Origin: Schmidtea polychroa
Taxonomy: Eukaryota
Assembly (NCBI GenBank): GCA_044892525.1
Contig: CM097888.1
Coordinates: forward strand, 71,362,001 to 71,426,000
DNA: 64,000 nucleotides
Reading direction: 5' to 3'
Shown: in pieces, positions 1 to 14,034 of the stretch
How the letters are laid out: the number at the start of each line of letters is the position of its first letter
Position numbering within the stretch: the first letter of the stretch is position 1
Translations under genes and position numbers: made by a program
Notes under the pieces: generated by a model
Databases searched by the model: none
Seen by the model: the letters and a program-made list of their open reading frames with translations, nothing else
What the model was told of the DNA's origin: nothing

Positions 1-192
1 CTCTAGTATCTCTCTTGAACTCCTTTTGTCTATTTTTCCGCTACTACTCATGCTAATTTCATCACTACTAACTACATTTTCCATTTTTAATTCATTTCTA
101 CTTCTGGTATAAATCCACAATCTACCAAAAATTCGTCATTTTCTAACAATCTTTCATTAAATCTCAACTCTATCATGCATCCTTTTTTTCTT

Positions 193-504
193 TTAATCAT
201 TTACACAATCATTTGGCTCACAACGACAACACAATACACTTTTATCAATCTCGTTTACTACCTCCACAAAAATGAAATCTAACCCTGTTTTCTCTCTCAA
301 AGTTTTTCCCAATATTTTCATTAATTCTTTAATTTCGTCTTTATACTTTGGATTCATATTATAATAGTTAACGCACAAGCTAATTACACTTTTTATCTTT
401 CTCATACTCAAAGATATTTGACTTAATTCTCTTAACGATTTGATTATTTTAGCCGACTCTATTTCATTATTTCCAATTAATTTTTCAATTCTTGTCATTA
501 TCAT
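193..504 (-). CDS. Hypothetical 103-aa ORF, followed by further short minus-strand ORFs running off the window edge
   Basis: ORF track; A-rich coding strand; tightly packed downstream frames (MIELRFNERLLENDEF..., MENVVSSDEI...). No recognisable motif. Confidence 0.3.
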   Translation of the reverse strand: MIMTRIEKLIGNNEIESAKIIKSLRELSQISLSMRKIKSVISLCVNYYNMNPKYKDEIKELMKILGKTLREKTGLDFIFVEVVNEIDKSVLCCRCEPNDCVND

Positions 505-659
505 TGTTGCTTTTTCACTTTCTAAATCATCTTTTATAACTCTCCTTCAATATTATAATTGGGAATTAATCTACCGTTAGAAGTTGGGTTTTGTCATCCC
601 AGTTGGGAATTGATTTATTACCAGCTGGATAAATTTTAATTTGAAAATTGTTATATAAT

Positions 660-1070
660 TCAATGTTAGATTTTACTATTATCGTGAGATATTGAGTTAT
701 TATTAAATGATTAAGTTTTAATAGAAGATCTAGAGATTGCAACATGGTTAATGTTTAGATTTCATTATTAGAAATACGGATTAGTTCATTATCCAATTGT
801 TAAATTTTGACTGGAAAGTTGATAGGTAATTAAATGTTAGATTTTTTCTATAATGAGACATGGGTTATTATCAAACGATTAGGTTTTGATAGATGATCAA
901 GAAATTACGATATGGCTAAATGTTTAGATTTTATTATTAGAAATAAGAATCGGCTTATTGTCCAATAGTTGAATTTTACTGAAATACTTACAAATTTAGA
1001 TTTTTCCATTAGAAGTAGGAATTGGTTCAATGTCCAACAGTTGAATTTTACTAAAAATATTTAGAAATTG
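660..1070. repeat. Degenerate tandem repeat, ~171-bp unit, about 2.4 copies
   Basis: ATGTTAGATTTT recurs at ~663 and ~834; a TTTAGATT..ATTAGAA..TCCAA..GTT(A/G)AATTTT block recurs at ~754, ~923 and ~994. Confidence 0.5.
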
Positions 1071-4000
1071 CAGTTACACTTTTGGTCCGGTTATGAACTG
1101 GGAGTTGACTCGTATGTAAAAATTAAGTTTTTATAGAGCAAATATCCTAGATGGTAAATTTATTTAAGGCTAACGCTTAGGATTTCATATTAATGGCTTA
1201 ATGAAATTAGGCAATTCTTTATTATCTTCATTCTTTCGGACTAGAAATCAAGTTAGAAACCGTATTGAAGATAAACGAAATCATAATTAACAAATCAAAA
1301 AGTTAAGATTGTTATTTTTTAATTGTTTTACATTATATGCTACAGTGCGCTTTATAAAATATTTGTCAATATCCATTTTAAGAATATCAATATTTTAAAT
1401 TTAGTTTAAATATTTAATATATATATAGGACCCGACATCGACATGATAATAAAAATTGATTAATTAATTAATTTAACTAAAATTATTAGCATTACCTTAA
1501 TCGTGTAAAACATTTAAAGGCATTTTCAGATTCCTGTGAATACAAAGTTTCTGCATTATTTTCTAAATCTGTGTATAATCAATTTAATTATTTTATTTGC
1601 ATAACATTTCACCTAATTACACAAAATTGGCCCCGAAGCTCTTGATGATACCTAAAGCGGATGTTGACTTCTTTTTTAATTTTTAAGACATTTCTTTATA
1701 AATTAAAATTCTTCTCAAAATTCTTTATATTTATTAATTTCTTTTTCAAAAATTAGTGTTCAAATTTTGAAGGTCATTTTAATTATTAAACAAAGCTATG
1801 TGTTCAAACAATTATTGATTTAGTATTTATTATTTAACGTAAAATTTTATTATTTTCAATTTTCTTTGATTTTTTGAGCTATATATCACATTTTCTCTGA
1901 TCATCGGAATGTTGAAAATGTTGATGAAATATCATTGATGTATTATTTTACATAATTTTACATAATATACATTTGAGTAAATAAAAGTTTAGGCAATTGT
2001 CAATAATCGAAAGTTCTATATATGCCGAAAATAATTCTTGAAATAGTTTAAATCGGGATGGCAAATAAGATTGGATAGAAGTGCTAAAAAATTTAATGAT
2101 AAAAATTTTCCTGTATCAGTACAGTTTGTGTAGGATATAGCTAAGTATATTAATAATAATTGCTGAAAACACGAGCTTTGTGCATAAAATCTTGTATGGA
2201 AAACATTCTACCAACCCGGCCCTGACCAAAACCAACTTGGAAAAGAGTTGTACAAAATAATAAATTAAGGGAACTTCTCAATTTGTATACAGACCATGTG
2301 AAAAAACATTAATTTTTGTTAGCCATTCTGTATGTATTCTTTAAAATAAGTTTATTATATTCATGAAAAATAGACGTATTTCGTCCAAGCAATTTACAGA
2401 TTTTTTAACGATGTGGCTTGGCTCAGTCGATGTACGCTATTATACATCAATAGGAAATTATATTCACAATTGAGATCATTGTAAAACTTTTGAATTGTAT
2501 TTTATGCATGTCTCGTGCAATTATAAAATTTGTAATCTTATTAACTTTTTCCGATATTTTTTTTAAATTCTAGTCCCGATTTTAGCACACAGCCTTGCTG
2601 TTGAATGATGCAGTGAAATCCTATTGTCATATGTCCATCATGGTTCTGAAATAGATTAAAAAACCTATTGACGGACCAGTCATATTGGGCACTCTGTCCT
2701 TCGTAAAAGAAACAGTTTTGTTAATTGATGTTTAGATTTTTTAAATTCATTGATGGCGCCTTCTAAAACATCTATGTCTCTTGGTCTTTTTGATATACGT
2801 GTCAATTTAATATTACTAATCATAAAAATTATATAAATTTGGTAATTAAATAATGTTAATTATAAACATATATAGTAACTGACGTAAGTGTTGTGATAAA
2901 ACCGACAGATGACTGAGGACACTCAAATAGTTCAGTTGCTAGGTAAAAATCCTTTTAGCGAGTTTTTTTTAGAAATTTCAAAGAAATTTTAAAAAAATTA
3001 AAAATTAAAAATCTACTAGAATTTAATTGTAAAAATCGCTTTGGATTTAAAAATTGATAAAAAAAAGATAATCAAAATCAAAAGATGATAATGAGTTCGA
3101 ATTACATTCAACAGGTACTTAGTGATCATCAATAGTTATGCGGAATTGTGAAAGGTGAAAGGTAGAGGTGAAACAAATTACGACAACAAAAGGATACAGG
3201 GAAATAATGTAAAAATTAATTTTTCTCCTAATCGTAACCTATCATTGAGATAGATAGATAGATATGTAAATATATAGATAGATAAATATATTGTTTGTTT
3301 ATTTAATAATCAAACGCGCAGCACTTTTTGTATTTGATACGCTTTTGTAGTCCACTAGCTCACTATACGAACCTTAGTAATCAGTTTAATTCTGTTTTGC
3401 AGGAATTGTCGGGTATGCAAATTCTGCCCTCTATCCTTGCGCCTTTGATATGGTGCAATTTGTTAATAATTATAATATAATAATAATTATTGTTCTCTCC
3501 CACTAGACTACTAAAATGTTAATTATTTTCAGTTAGGTAGAAATTCTAATTTGAATGCAATTAAACTGAGAAATTATATGAAAATTGTTTAATAAAAATT
3601 ATTTCTTGTAAATTTATTAAATTTAAATTATAATAATTGACATTTATTTCTCTCTTGGGAGTTAAATTTTCTTTTAAATTTTTTTTGAAGTAAATTCGAT
3701 TATTTATTTTTCAACTAATGATAATTTTATCCTCAGTCAATCAATGACCAGTAGCTGAAAGTTCTTAAATTAGGAAAGTGCTCCCGAGGTATTTTGAAAT
3801 AATTTCCAGTAATGTGATATAAGTGGTAGTTAAGTTTTGTTTTGCTGATTTGTATTTCCTTTAAAAATTCAAACCATTATTAATTTATTAAGATAATATT
3901 AAAATAAATTAAATTATCCAAATAGTGTTATTATTTTAATTTATTTTAATTATTTAAATGTTGAATATATTTAATAAAAAATTGACTATAAATCAGTAAA

Positions 4001-7000
4001 GAAATCAATATCTTTACTTATTCATAGCAAATTTTAAATAAATAAATATAATATCAATTGAAAACGAAAAGAAATCAGAAGTGAAAATCAAAAGAAGTTC
4101 TTATAATAAATTAAAATAAATTAAATTATTTAAAGATTGATATAATTTTAATTGATTTTATTTATTTTAATAAATTATACTAAAATAAATTAAATTGTTC
4201 AATTATTGACATATTTTAAATAGATTTTATTTATTTCAAATTTAAATAAAGTTTATCTGAAAAAATCAAAGCTATTCATGTAGTTTTTGAATTATTTTGA
4301 AATTAGATATTTTCTACGCCGTAGCAGTCTATCAACAGCTATTCGTATTCAAATTTTGCATAAACATTTCCATGTGTTAAAACACAAATGAACAGGAAGT
4401 TTCTTTTTCCATGAACATTTGAATAACTCAGATTCAAGTTTTAAACTAAATCCTAGCGATAAACTCTAGATTCAGTAATTATACCCTAAAATACACAAAC
4501 TTATAAATAAGACGCCAAAATGACGGAAAGTATACAAAATTTTCTAAATAAATTTTCGATAAGTGATGAACTGATTTCTAAAACATGGCAATTAATCAAA
4601 GTATATCATCCATTTGTCGATGAGGTTTTGTTATTTTTCCTAGTGTAAGCGTAAATTCTGTGGATATGGTTATGAATATACCAATAAACGGAAAATTGCT
4701 CAATAGTTTTTGCATTTCAGGTGAAAATGAAAATGCAATTTTATTGTTTTTCAATATATTGTGAAAAATAAACCACTGTTAACCCTTTTCTCAATAGGTC
4801 GTTGTTTTATATTGAAGAAAATGCTAAATATGATTAAAATATTTCAGTCATTTATTTTGAAAATGTTTTTTTTGCGTTTCAATAAATTGAAAAGTATTGA
4901 TCAGCTCTAGCAACCAACTTTTTCGTGTAAATTTATTATGAAATAATGTCTATTAAGAATGTATAAAAGTAACACGGCTATAATGCATAATACAGCTCAT
5001 TTGAAGACACTCGATTTAATTAATTTTCAATATCTTGATAGGAATCAATCTGTGGTTATTAAAAATTTAACAAAAATTCATGTATTAATATTAATTAGAT
5101 ATATATTTGAACACATTCGTATGATTATTATTTTATAATTAAAAAAACAAAACACTTTTTGGGTAACTTATATTCGTTGCGTGCGTCAGTGTCTGAACCG
5201 TGGGTCATAGGTTCGCTGTTGCTGCACTAGGCATATGAGTAATTTATATTATTACTGCCATTATATGTGTAAACGTAATTAAAATTTGAAATGCAATCTG
5301 ATGGTAGTAAGTAATTAAACGAAATTAAATGTTTAAGTTTTCGAATGACTTACGAATTGAACCTATAAACTGTACGACAAGATTTTAGAATTTGATCATT
5401 ATGCTTCCAAGTTGTATTAACTATACGAAATTACTGGGTTTTATCTGTGGTTGTATGGAGTTTCTTGCATGACACCAGGGACAGCCAAATAAGCTCGAAA
5501 CTAGTTTTTCATTAGAAACCACATTGAATGTCACATTAAAACTTTATCTATACAAGATTTCCTGCACAAGTTGACATCTTTGTCAGGAAAAAATTAATCA
5601 CTGTGCAATGTTTAAACATGTTTTAATATGTGCAATGTAAATGATGCTCCCACTTCTCTTAAAATACACGATGCTCATCTCTTATTTTTCTCTTTAGTTT
5701 CACATCATTTTTTATATTCTTCATTTTGAGAGCTTCATTTGATATTTTTCAATTATTTTATGAATTATTATTCAAGTTAAATCAAATTGATTTCAGCATC
5801 CACTGAAAATAAAGAAATGACGCAAGTAGTACGATGAAGTCAGGTGATGATTAATAAATTAAACCTTTTGATGTTCTATCAATTTTAGTTACGTTAAACC
5901 CTGTGCAAAGAAATTTGCAGCTGATAGTGATAGTGTTAAACTGAAAAACGAAGTATATTTCACTAAAGCAACTAAGTGACGTTAGTATCTACTAGATGTC
6001 AATATGTGTGTCAACTCTTTCTTATAAATGCTCATATGATTGGGAAATCATGCTCGCTATTCGATCAGATTATTAGAGAAAAGTCACGAGAGGAACTTGA
6101 AATGCAACACAATTGATACCAAACATCTGTCTTATTAAAAATAAAAAATAGTATTGGAAACAAATCTTGAAACGGTTGATTACATTGGTATCTAGCCAAA
6201 TACATGCAAAATACGCTAATTTAACTCTTATCCATTGCAATCAAGCAAAATATTCTAGCACTTGCTCATGCTGCTTGGGACTTTTCAATCACTTTGCATT
6301 GCATACCAGGTTCTTGGTTATGCTGAATAAATGTCCATAACCATTTGCCTTGTGGATGTGATTTCAAATCCAGCAAGTGGGATTGTAACAACATCAATAA
6401 AAAACATTTCTTGGCTAAGATCTCTGTCAATCCTTTTCATATCGCAATGTATTTAATTTACATTGTAGTTAAATATTATTGGAAAACATTTTTTTACTAG
6501 CGAGTCAAGTTGAAGTTGTTTCACCGGTTCTTGATAGAATATTCCTGAATTTAGAATCTATCAAAAAAAATATGAATGATTATTAATGCTAACATTAAAA
6601 AGCTTGCGTGACCCCATAATATCTTTATTATATCAAGATACACTTTTTAAAATGTACAAAAAATGAATATAATGAATACGAAAATGAATACGAAAATGCG
6701 ATAAATCGAAAACTGGCAATTACTACTGAAAATTGTCTAAAAATGAATTATAAAATTTTATAGAATAAAAATATTTACAGATTTTAATTATTTCGATTAA
6801 TTATTTTTCTTAATTTAATAAAAAATATTTTTATTTTTTCCAATAAAGAATCATTTTTAGACAAAAAATATTACAAAATGACCATGAATAGTCGAATCAT
6901 TTTACATTTATTTACTGAAAATTTTAGTAAATTTTTCTACTAATTACTTATTGGTATTTACCCTGGGGTTTAAATCCTACATACACTCTGAGTCTGAATA

Positions 7001-7458
7001 AATTATATTATTGTCACTGAAATAAAAATAAATTCAATCATAAAATTTGTTTTCACTCATGGTAAAATAATTAGAGGTTTTTGTAGTACATATTTCAAAT
7101 ATTTGAATATAAAAATATACATTTAATGTTACCAAAGAGGCTGTGCGAGAAATTCATGTTCAATTTCGGTTGTCGCAATTGTGTGTGCAATAGTTATTTG
7201 GCTTTTACTGCTGGGTGCGCACACAGACGTTAGTAGTTGGATGTTTCTGGTTATTTTTTTAATGCTTCGTTTTTCTAGAATTCTATCGAACGTGTTTTTG
7301 AATTGCTTTAAGCTTGTTTTAAAAAGTTAATTTGGAGGTTTTTTCGAATAATAAACATTCAGATAGTTATGTTGGTGATGAGGCTCTGTCTTAGAGAGAT
7401 TGCGGTGATGATATAACGCACAGTGTTCCTATTTACAAAGGATATGTTCTACCTCATG

Positions 7459-7899
7459 CATGGACGTCCTCAAGGGGGAGTAAGTGGGGGCACTTGCTCC
7501 CCCCCTGAATTTCCAAAAAACAATTTTATTTTTCGATCAATTAAAACACATTTTAATAGATGCGCTCAAACAATGTTGGAAAAACCCAAGACAAAAAAAA
7601 ATTTAATTTAAAGAGGCTTCCTGTTTTTTTAATGTTATTAATTATATCTGGAAATCAATGGTTTCAAATCATCTTATTTGTATAAAACCTTTCTATATTA
7701 ACTGACGTTCTGGTTTTTAAAAAAGTGTTCTATTTAGTAAATTAATAAAAAAAAGTGTTCTATTTTGTATAATACCCCAAATATTTATTATACACATGCA
7801 TTTTTTTTTCAACTTTCTTCCACCCTAGAAAAATTGTGTTCTTGGTAAAATAAATTATTTTTGCCCCCACCCTTGGAAAATTTCCTGCGGACGCCCATG
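7459..7899. mobile_element. hAT-type MITE
   Basis: TIR CATGGACGTCC / GGACGCCCATG (1 mismatch); perfect 8-bp TSD ACCTCATG at 7451-7458 and 7900-7907. Confidence 0.85.
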
Positions 7900-8256
7900 A
7901 CCTCATGTTATTGGTAAAATTGATTTAGCCAAAATAGAAATTGTTCAAGATATTAAATAAAAATTGTGTTACATTGCTCTTGAATTTAAAACATGTTTTG
8001 TCAATGGATGCACATATCAGCAAAGCAACAGATGCATATAAAGATGATATATTTGTGAACATGAGTCTGGCCCCAGCAGGATTTGTGTTCAAACACATAC
8101 GAAAGTTTGGATTGGATGCGAAGGATCCAGAGTTTTTAAACGTTTTCCAAAGATTGTTCGTATGAATATATAGAACCAAGATTGGAAAGAACATTAAACG
8201 CGAGTTGTTTCAGCTTATATTTTTCTTAAATAAATAATAAATATAATAAATTAATA

Positions 8257-8810
8257 CAGTAAACCCTCCAACTGCGCTGTATTACGTTTTACAAAAACAA
8301 CGCGCAAACCGAAACCGCGCACTGTGAACCCAATTGTATATGTAATTATGGGGTTAGGTTCCAGATATTAGAAAAATTGCAACAAATATAATAAAAAGTC
8401 TATTCAACGACTAATATACATGTTTACATTAATATAAACATAAAAATTATAGCAAACATTCTCCATTCAACGACATACATAACGAATATAAACATAAAAA
8501 AAATTAAATATAAATCACTGCTACATTCCGAAGAGTTTGATTTTAATGACCGTGATCTATATGTTTTTGAAAAAAGCTTGATAACACTGATTGCTTACCA
8601 GCCTTTCGATTGTCTTTATAAATTTCAGCATATGGGGCTAAAGCTGCTGTCAGATTTCACCGAACTTTTAAGGCACACTCCATATCTGGATCCATATCAA
8701 GAGCTTCCTGTTCAAGTTGACTACCAAGTTTTAAAAAATTTGATAGTTTTTCACTAGTAAACCTTTTCTCTCCTTATAATCTCTACATCTTCTTCACTTT
8801 CATCATTTTT
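8257..8810 (-). mobile_element. pogo/Tigger-like DNA transposon end with a decayed transposase C-terminus
   Basis: TA|CAGTAAACCCTC terminus; minus-strand remnant FTSEKLSNFLKLGSQLEQEALDMDPDMECALKVR*NLTAALAPYAEIYKD...QSVLSSFF resembles Tigger C-termini; contains a stop and a frameshift. Confidence 0.6.
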
Positions 8811-8959
8811 ATAATTATTATTATCGCCGAAATAGTTTTTAAGTTTTTAAGCAATGAAAATAAAATTATGTTTTAAAATGTGTTTTCCAATTATTAAGAA
8901 CAGCATTGATAGTCAAAAAATATTATAAAAGCTTGGATAATCAAATTAAATTAGTTTTA

Positions 8960-9408
8960 TTTCCACGCAAATTCGCATGTTTCTAAACCAGCCACCACAA
9001 GAAACATTATTTCCCAAAATAATCAACCTTAAATTTTCTTTAATTTTCTTCGATTGGGTTCAGTTGTTGGGAATAAACAAGCAAGAATATAAATCGAATG
9101 TCAGGTTGGGAAATATACTCTTTTAATAAATTTTGAGTCATTTCAGCGATTTGGTTTAAAGCATCGCGAAGTTTAATTCAAAGTTCGGGATTTGATTTGA
9201 GCTTTCTTCCCTTTTTTTTGCCTATAATTTCATCATCAGACATTCTCTTTGTAATATTTTCAACCACGCTACGTGTACATGATAATGATATTTCCCCTTC
9301 TTTGGCCATTTCTTTTAAGGAAAGTGCTAAAGCCAATGATTTTCTAATGCCCTTAACAACCTTCTTGGTAACCGTTATTCGTCTTTTTCTTTCGGATAAT
9401 TTCGGCAT
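8960..9408 (-). pseudogene. Internally deleted Tc1/IS630-like transposase remnant
   Basis: N-terminal ORF ending in KKKGRK (GRP-like linker), joined to FIFLLVYSQQLNPIEEN*, which matches the PxYSPxLNPIE motif around the catalytic Glu. Confidence 0.55.
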
Positions 9409-9905
9409 GCCTACCTAAGATATTTGAATAAATAAACTTTCTATATGTCTATAAAAGTAAATCAACATTAATTTATGATTCAATAAACCATATTTAATTT
9501 TTGATCATTATGTTATATATGAGTTTTAAACTTCTTTTTATAATATTTACTTCTTTTTATGAATATTTAGAACAGTGTTTCCCAAAGTGTCGCTGAATTG
9601 TACGTTTTTGCTACTAAATTTCAAATTTAACCAATAAATATCTAGTAGGCCAAAATTTTGTAACGTTGGCGATCTTAATATTGTAACATAAAACTATATT
9701 GTAGGGTCAAATGAGATTTTCCCACCAATTCATTATTGTAATTTGTAAAGAATATTTATTGTTATAAGGCTACTTATTACCATTCGGAAAAAATATTGTT
9801 GTCTAAAATATTTTGTTTTCTATAAAAATATTAATCAATCCTATTGTTCAAAAGTTTTTCTTAATACATTACATTTCGTATCTCGTTTTATAATTGGGTG
9901 AGTAC

Positions 9906-10293
9906 CAACGTTCCCTCTAAGCCATAAGCAGCAGTGCGCGCAAAGTCAGCTGCGCTGAGCAGCCTTTAAATACAAATGAGCGTAAAAATGCTATAACGTG
10001 GTTGTAAGAGTTTTAAAACGACACTACAGAAATATATCGTTATTATGCATCTGGTTATTAATATTGAAAATTTTTAAATATTCAAAATGAACCACATTTC
10101 AAAAATTCGTAATGTTTTATAATAAATATGTTAATTGGAAGGTGAAAATAAAATAAAAAATAGCACATTTAATTTAATTTAATTAATTCAGCACATTTAG
10201 AAAAATGAAGATACTGCGCTGAAAATAATTTTGCTGCGCTGGGGAGTTGGAGGTGCTGCGCGCGTGCTCGCGCGCAACTTAGAGGGAACGTTG
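9906..10293. mobile_element. hAT-type MITE nested inside the 9573-11001 element
   Basis: 16-bp TIR CAACGTTCCCTCTAAG / CTTAGAGGGAACGTTG; 8-bp TSD GTGAGTAC at 9898-9905 and 10294-10301. Confidence 0.9.
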
Positions 10294-10510
10294 GTGAGTA
10301 CTATTGATTATTATAATTGATGTCCGTTATTTATAAATTCAATTACATAGCCGTAAGATTCGATGGATAAATTTATTATTCGAAAAAGATCAGCAAACAG
10401 AGAAGAAATCGTTATCAAAAATAGATTTTTATTTTCCATCAATCGACATTACCCGTTTTGAGTGGGTACGTAATCCATTTAGCAGCGACTTAGACACAAA
10501 ACAGCTAGAA

Positions 10511-10891
10511 TTGAAAGAGGAAGAAGAATTTTTGGAAATGCAAAATGATCGAACAATACGAATTAAATTTAATATCGACGAATTAAGTGCCTTTTGGATA
10601 AGTGTATCAAGAGAATATTCAGCTTTATCAAAAAAAGCTATAACGGTGTTATTACCCTTCTTCACTTCTTATTTGCGTGAATTAGCTTTTTTGGCACTCA
10701 ACGAAATAAAATGTAAAAAGCGAGAAAGACTGTTGTCTGTTGAAAAGGAATTAAGAATGGCTTTATCAAAATTTCTACCACGTATAAAAAAATTGTGTTC
10801 AGAACACCAGTCGCGCATACTTCACATTAATTTTTTACTTTTTATAAACTTTTATTCTGCAATTTTTATAAATAAAATGAAAGACTATTAA
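10511..10891 (+). pseudogene. hAT transposase C-terminal dimerisation-domain fragment (ZBED5/SCAND3/Buster-like)
   Basis: FWISVSREYSALSKKAITVLLPFFTSYLRELAFLAL..IKCKKRERL.VEKELRMALS..PRIKKLC matches the Buster-type C-terminus; the conserved CE.GFS motif is degenerate. Confidence 0.8.
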
Positions 10892-11573
10892 TTTTTATTG
10901 TAAATATTTTTTATGATATGTGGATATTATATTTAGTTGTGTCACATAATTTGAATACCTTAACTTATGTGTCGCTAGGTAAAAATGATTGGGAAACACT
11001 GATTTAGAATATTTATAACTTTAAATAAAACGTATTTATTAAAAAGTTTGACTATGAATCAGTAAATATATCGATGTTTTTGATATTCACGAATTTTCCG
11101 CGCTGCCTTTTTCAAGTGAATTTTAAAAACATCGATATATTTACTCTGGCTTTTTAATAAATGCAATGTCAATGGAAAATAAATCAGTGGTGAAATTTGA
11201 AAAAAGTTCTTATAATTAAATAAAACGTTTTATATTTTGAATAAAATGCTTTATATTTATACATAGCCCTGTAATATTAAATTATTATTATTTATTATTA
11301 AACAAATACATAAGGTTTAGTGTAAGCATATGAATGCCATGTCATGTAAAATCATGTTCCTTGAAATATTTAAGTCAGTTGTCTAGACAATTGAAAATTT
11401 ATTGACTTGAAAGTTATTTATTTTAAATTTTTGAATAATTTACAAAAGGATTTTCATTTTACACATAAAATTGGGGGTTTTTTTTATTAGTACAATCTTG
11501 GAATTTATTAGTGTTTTATTTTAATTTGATAGCTAATTCGATCTTTGTAATTAAATATTTAATGTAAAATTAA

Positions 11574-11637
11574 CACGTTGACTGTCAACTACGAGCTAAG
11601 TCGTAAATGTTTAAAATATATTGTGACAGCAAACGTG
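11574..11637. mobile_element. 64-bp piggyBac-like minimal element
   Basis: TTAA on both sides (11570-11573, 11638-11641); 14-bp TIR CACGTTGACTGTCA / TGACAGCAAACGTG (12/14 match). Confidence 0.55.
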
Positions 11638-14016
11638 TTAAGATAAAACCAGGGCTAAGAAGTCAGTAAAAACATTCGAGTCCCCGGCTTTTAAGATTTT
11701 TGGTAATTCGACTCTGACTTAACAACTTTAAATAGGCATTTCGATTTTAAGACTTGTTTATAAAAACGAAAAAATATAAATATTTTTTTAAAATGAATTC
11801 GTCACATTACAAAATTGTTCTAAGGAATAGAATGACTTCAATTAAATCCTTATTTATGGATGACCTTGAATTTATTTTAATTATTTTCAAGGTTGATAAT
11901 AATCGTTTCACGCTGACATGTTGGGAGCACAGCTATCACAGATCTAGTCGCGTTGAGAATAATTTCTAAGCACATTCAATTTTTTTTTCCACATTCAATT
12001 ATGAATGGCCGTAATTTTCAATTTCGATTAATGCATTTAAAAATTATTTGTCAAATGTTTTTATCGATTTTTGTTGGTTCCGTTTCTTCATTTAAACGTC
12101 TGTATCTCATCTTTGAAAGTTTCAAGTTATCCAAATATGTATTGAATTTTAAATCTTCATTCTGCGATGATTCCGACGTGACATCATAAAATTCAAATTT
12201 TCGATTCTTTGATTTATAAATTGCAGGTATTTTCAACCTTTTCAAGCGAATTGCTTTTTCATGACGCTTTTCTTTCCCTGGGGTAATTTGATGGTTATTG
12301 AGTAAAATACGATTCATTGGATCAAATTAAATGACTGCTAACAAAATTGTATTGTTGAATAATTGATTTTCTTTTTCCCTCATTGAAGATATGATCGCAA
12401 TAGCAATGAATTCTCCAGGTTTTTCTACCTAATACACCAAAGTTTTCAACTGTGAGAAAAAACTTTTAGATGTCAAATCTTCGACATGTAACTTTACAGC
12501 ATAAGGGTATGACATTTTCTAATTTTCTGTTTAATTTCCATTGGCTTTCATTTAATAAAACATTTAAATATCGAGATCTTCAATAAAAAATTTCAATACA
12601 ACTAATCGCTTAACCATTAAGTGTACCAGATGATGTACGTTTAGAAGTTGTAAGTAAACACAAGCCTTTGAAGGGTGACACATATAGAAGATGTTGACTC
12701 TGCGGTACAAAAAGTTAAGTGAAACGAACAAGGAGTAAAGGCTGTAATGAGCATTTCATCATGTTTTGATATATTTCATGAGAAATAATTTTTATTGTAT
12801 TTTTTTTATTCATTTCAATTGTAATTAAATGTAATAATTTCTATAAATTTATTTTTCATTTTATTAAATTAAGTCATGTGTCCCTGTAAGGACCAGTCAG
12901 AAGTATAGATCCCAGATTTTTTTAATTAAAAAAAATAAATTAAACAAAAAATATAAGAATTTAATAGAAAAATGTTAAAAATCCCAAAATAAATAATTTG
13001 AGCACGAAAGGGTTAAAAACAGCACCAAAGCATATCTTAATGAATTAAACCAAAATTTTAATAATGCAAGTTCTGATGAATAATTAATGTTTGATTTGTA
13101 TTTTAAATTCATATTATAAAACGAGTTATTGCTTGTAACAAGCCTAATAAACACATTTTCTGTGAATTTATCGACGCAACTGGTTCTTGAATGTCATTTC
13201 TAGAATTCCCATGCCTAAATGCTATTAAAAATATTTAATCACTTAACAAACTTAATATCAATTAGCATTATAAGTAAAAAATCAATTAACAAAATTTCAG
13301 GTTTTTGGCGATTAATTCAAAACATATATTTGCACATTTCAGAAAATTTAGTAGGAAATTTCTTAATCATTGAATATGATTTATTGAAATTCCATGATTG
13401 TAATCGTTTATCCATTTGATGTTGACTGGTCAACAATTAAATTCAATAAATTATTTCCAAAATTAATTTATCAAAATTTGAAAACTTCACGCACACAATA
13501 GTGGCTATCAAGGGTTCTCAAAAAAAGAAATTTTATTTTAATTTCAATCAAAATTCTCTATCACAGAATGGCACAACATAAATCTTGTGGTTAATGTTGT
13601 ATTCCATTATCGAATTGTAATACATGCATGGCTATTTCCCCACTAAGAATTGGTTGGAAAATTTGTTAAGCAAATCGATATTTAAATTTGATTTAATGTT
13701 GATTCAGTGAACTCGAGTAATAACACACCGGCACGTGTACACACAACTTAAACGCATCTGAAAATTGCGACCAATTTTGTGACCAAACTCCACTTTCTCT
13801 TCTGATAAAAATGATGCCATAATCAAGAAAAATTATGTGTGTGTATAGGAAATGTTCTGCCCACACGTGCTGATTTAAATCAAGAATTGCATTTGTGTGT
13901 ATTGATTATATCAACCCATTTGATTGATCATTTTTAGTAAAAAGCATGTGGATCGATATATTTCTGTGGTAACGTATTAATTATATTATTGTTTCGAAGG
14001 AATGAATCCCTAACCA

Positions 14017-14034
14017 ATGGTTCAAGAATCTCAG
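14017..14034 (+). CDS. Fos/ATF3-family bZIP gene, predicted coding exon 1 (MVQESQ)
   Basis: ATG GTT CAA GAA TCT CAG|GTGAGC gives a phase-0 donor compatible with the phase-0 acceptor at 14577. Confidence 0.55.

Larger units (their letters stand above)
9573..11001 (+). mobile_element. Internally deleted hAT (Buster/Charlie-like) transposon
   Basis: 13-bp TIR CAGTGTTTCCCAA / TTGGGAAACACTG; 8-bp TSD ATTTAGAA at 9565-9572 and 11002-11009; carries a transposase C-terminal remnant. Confidence 0.9.

Noticed and set aside
5400-6600. Coding-like minus-strand patches
   Set aside because: Several stops and frameshifts, and no family motif recognised; cannot be assigned.
12051-12560. Possible transposase or polymerase remnant near a piggyBac-like end (~13001-13016)
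   Set aside because: The translation is interrupted, with no diagnostic motif, and no matching opposite TIR/TSD was established.
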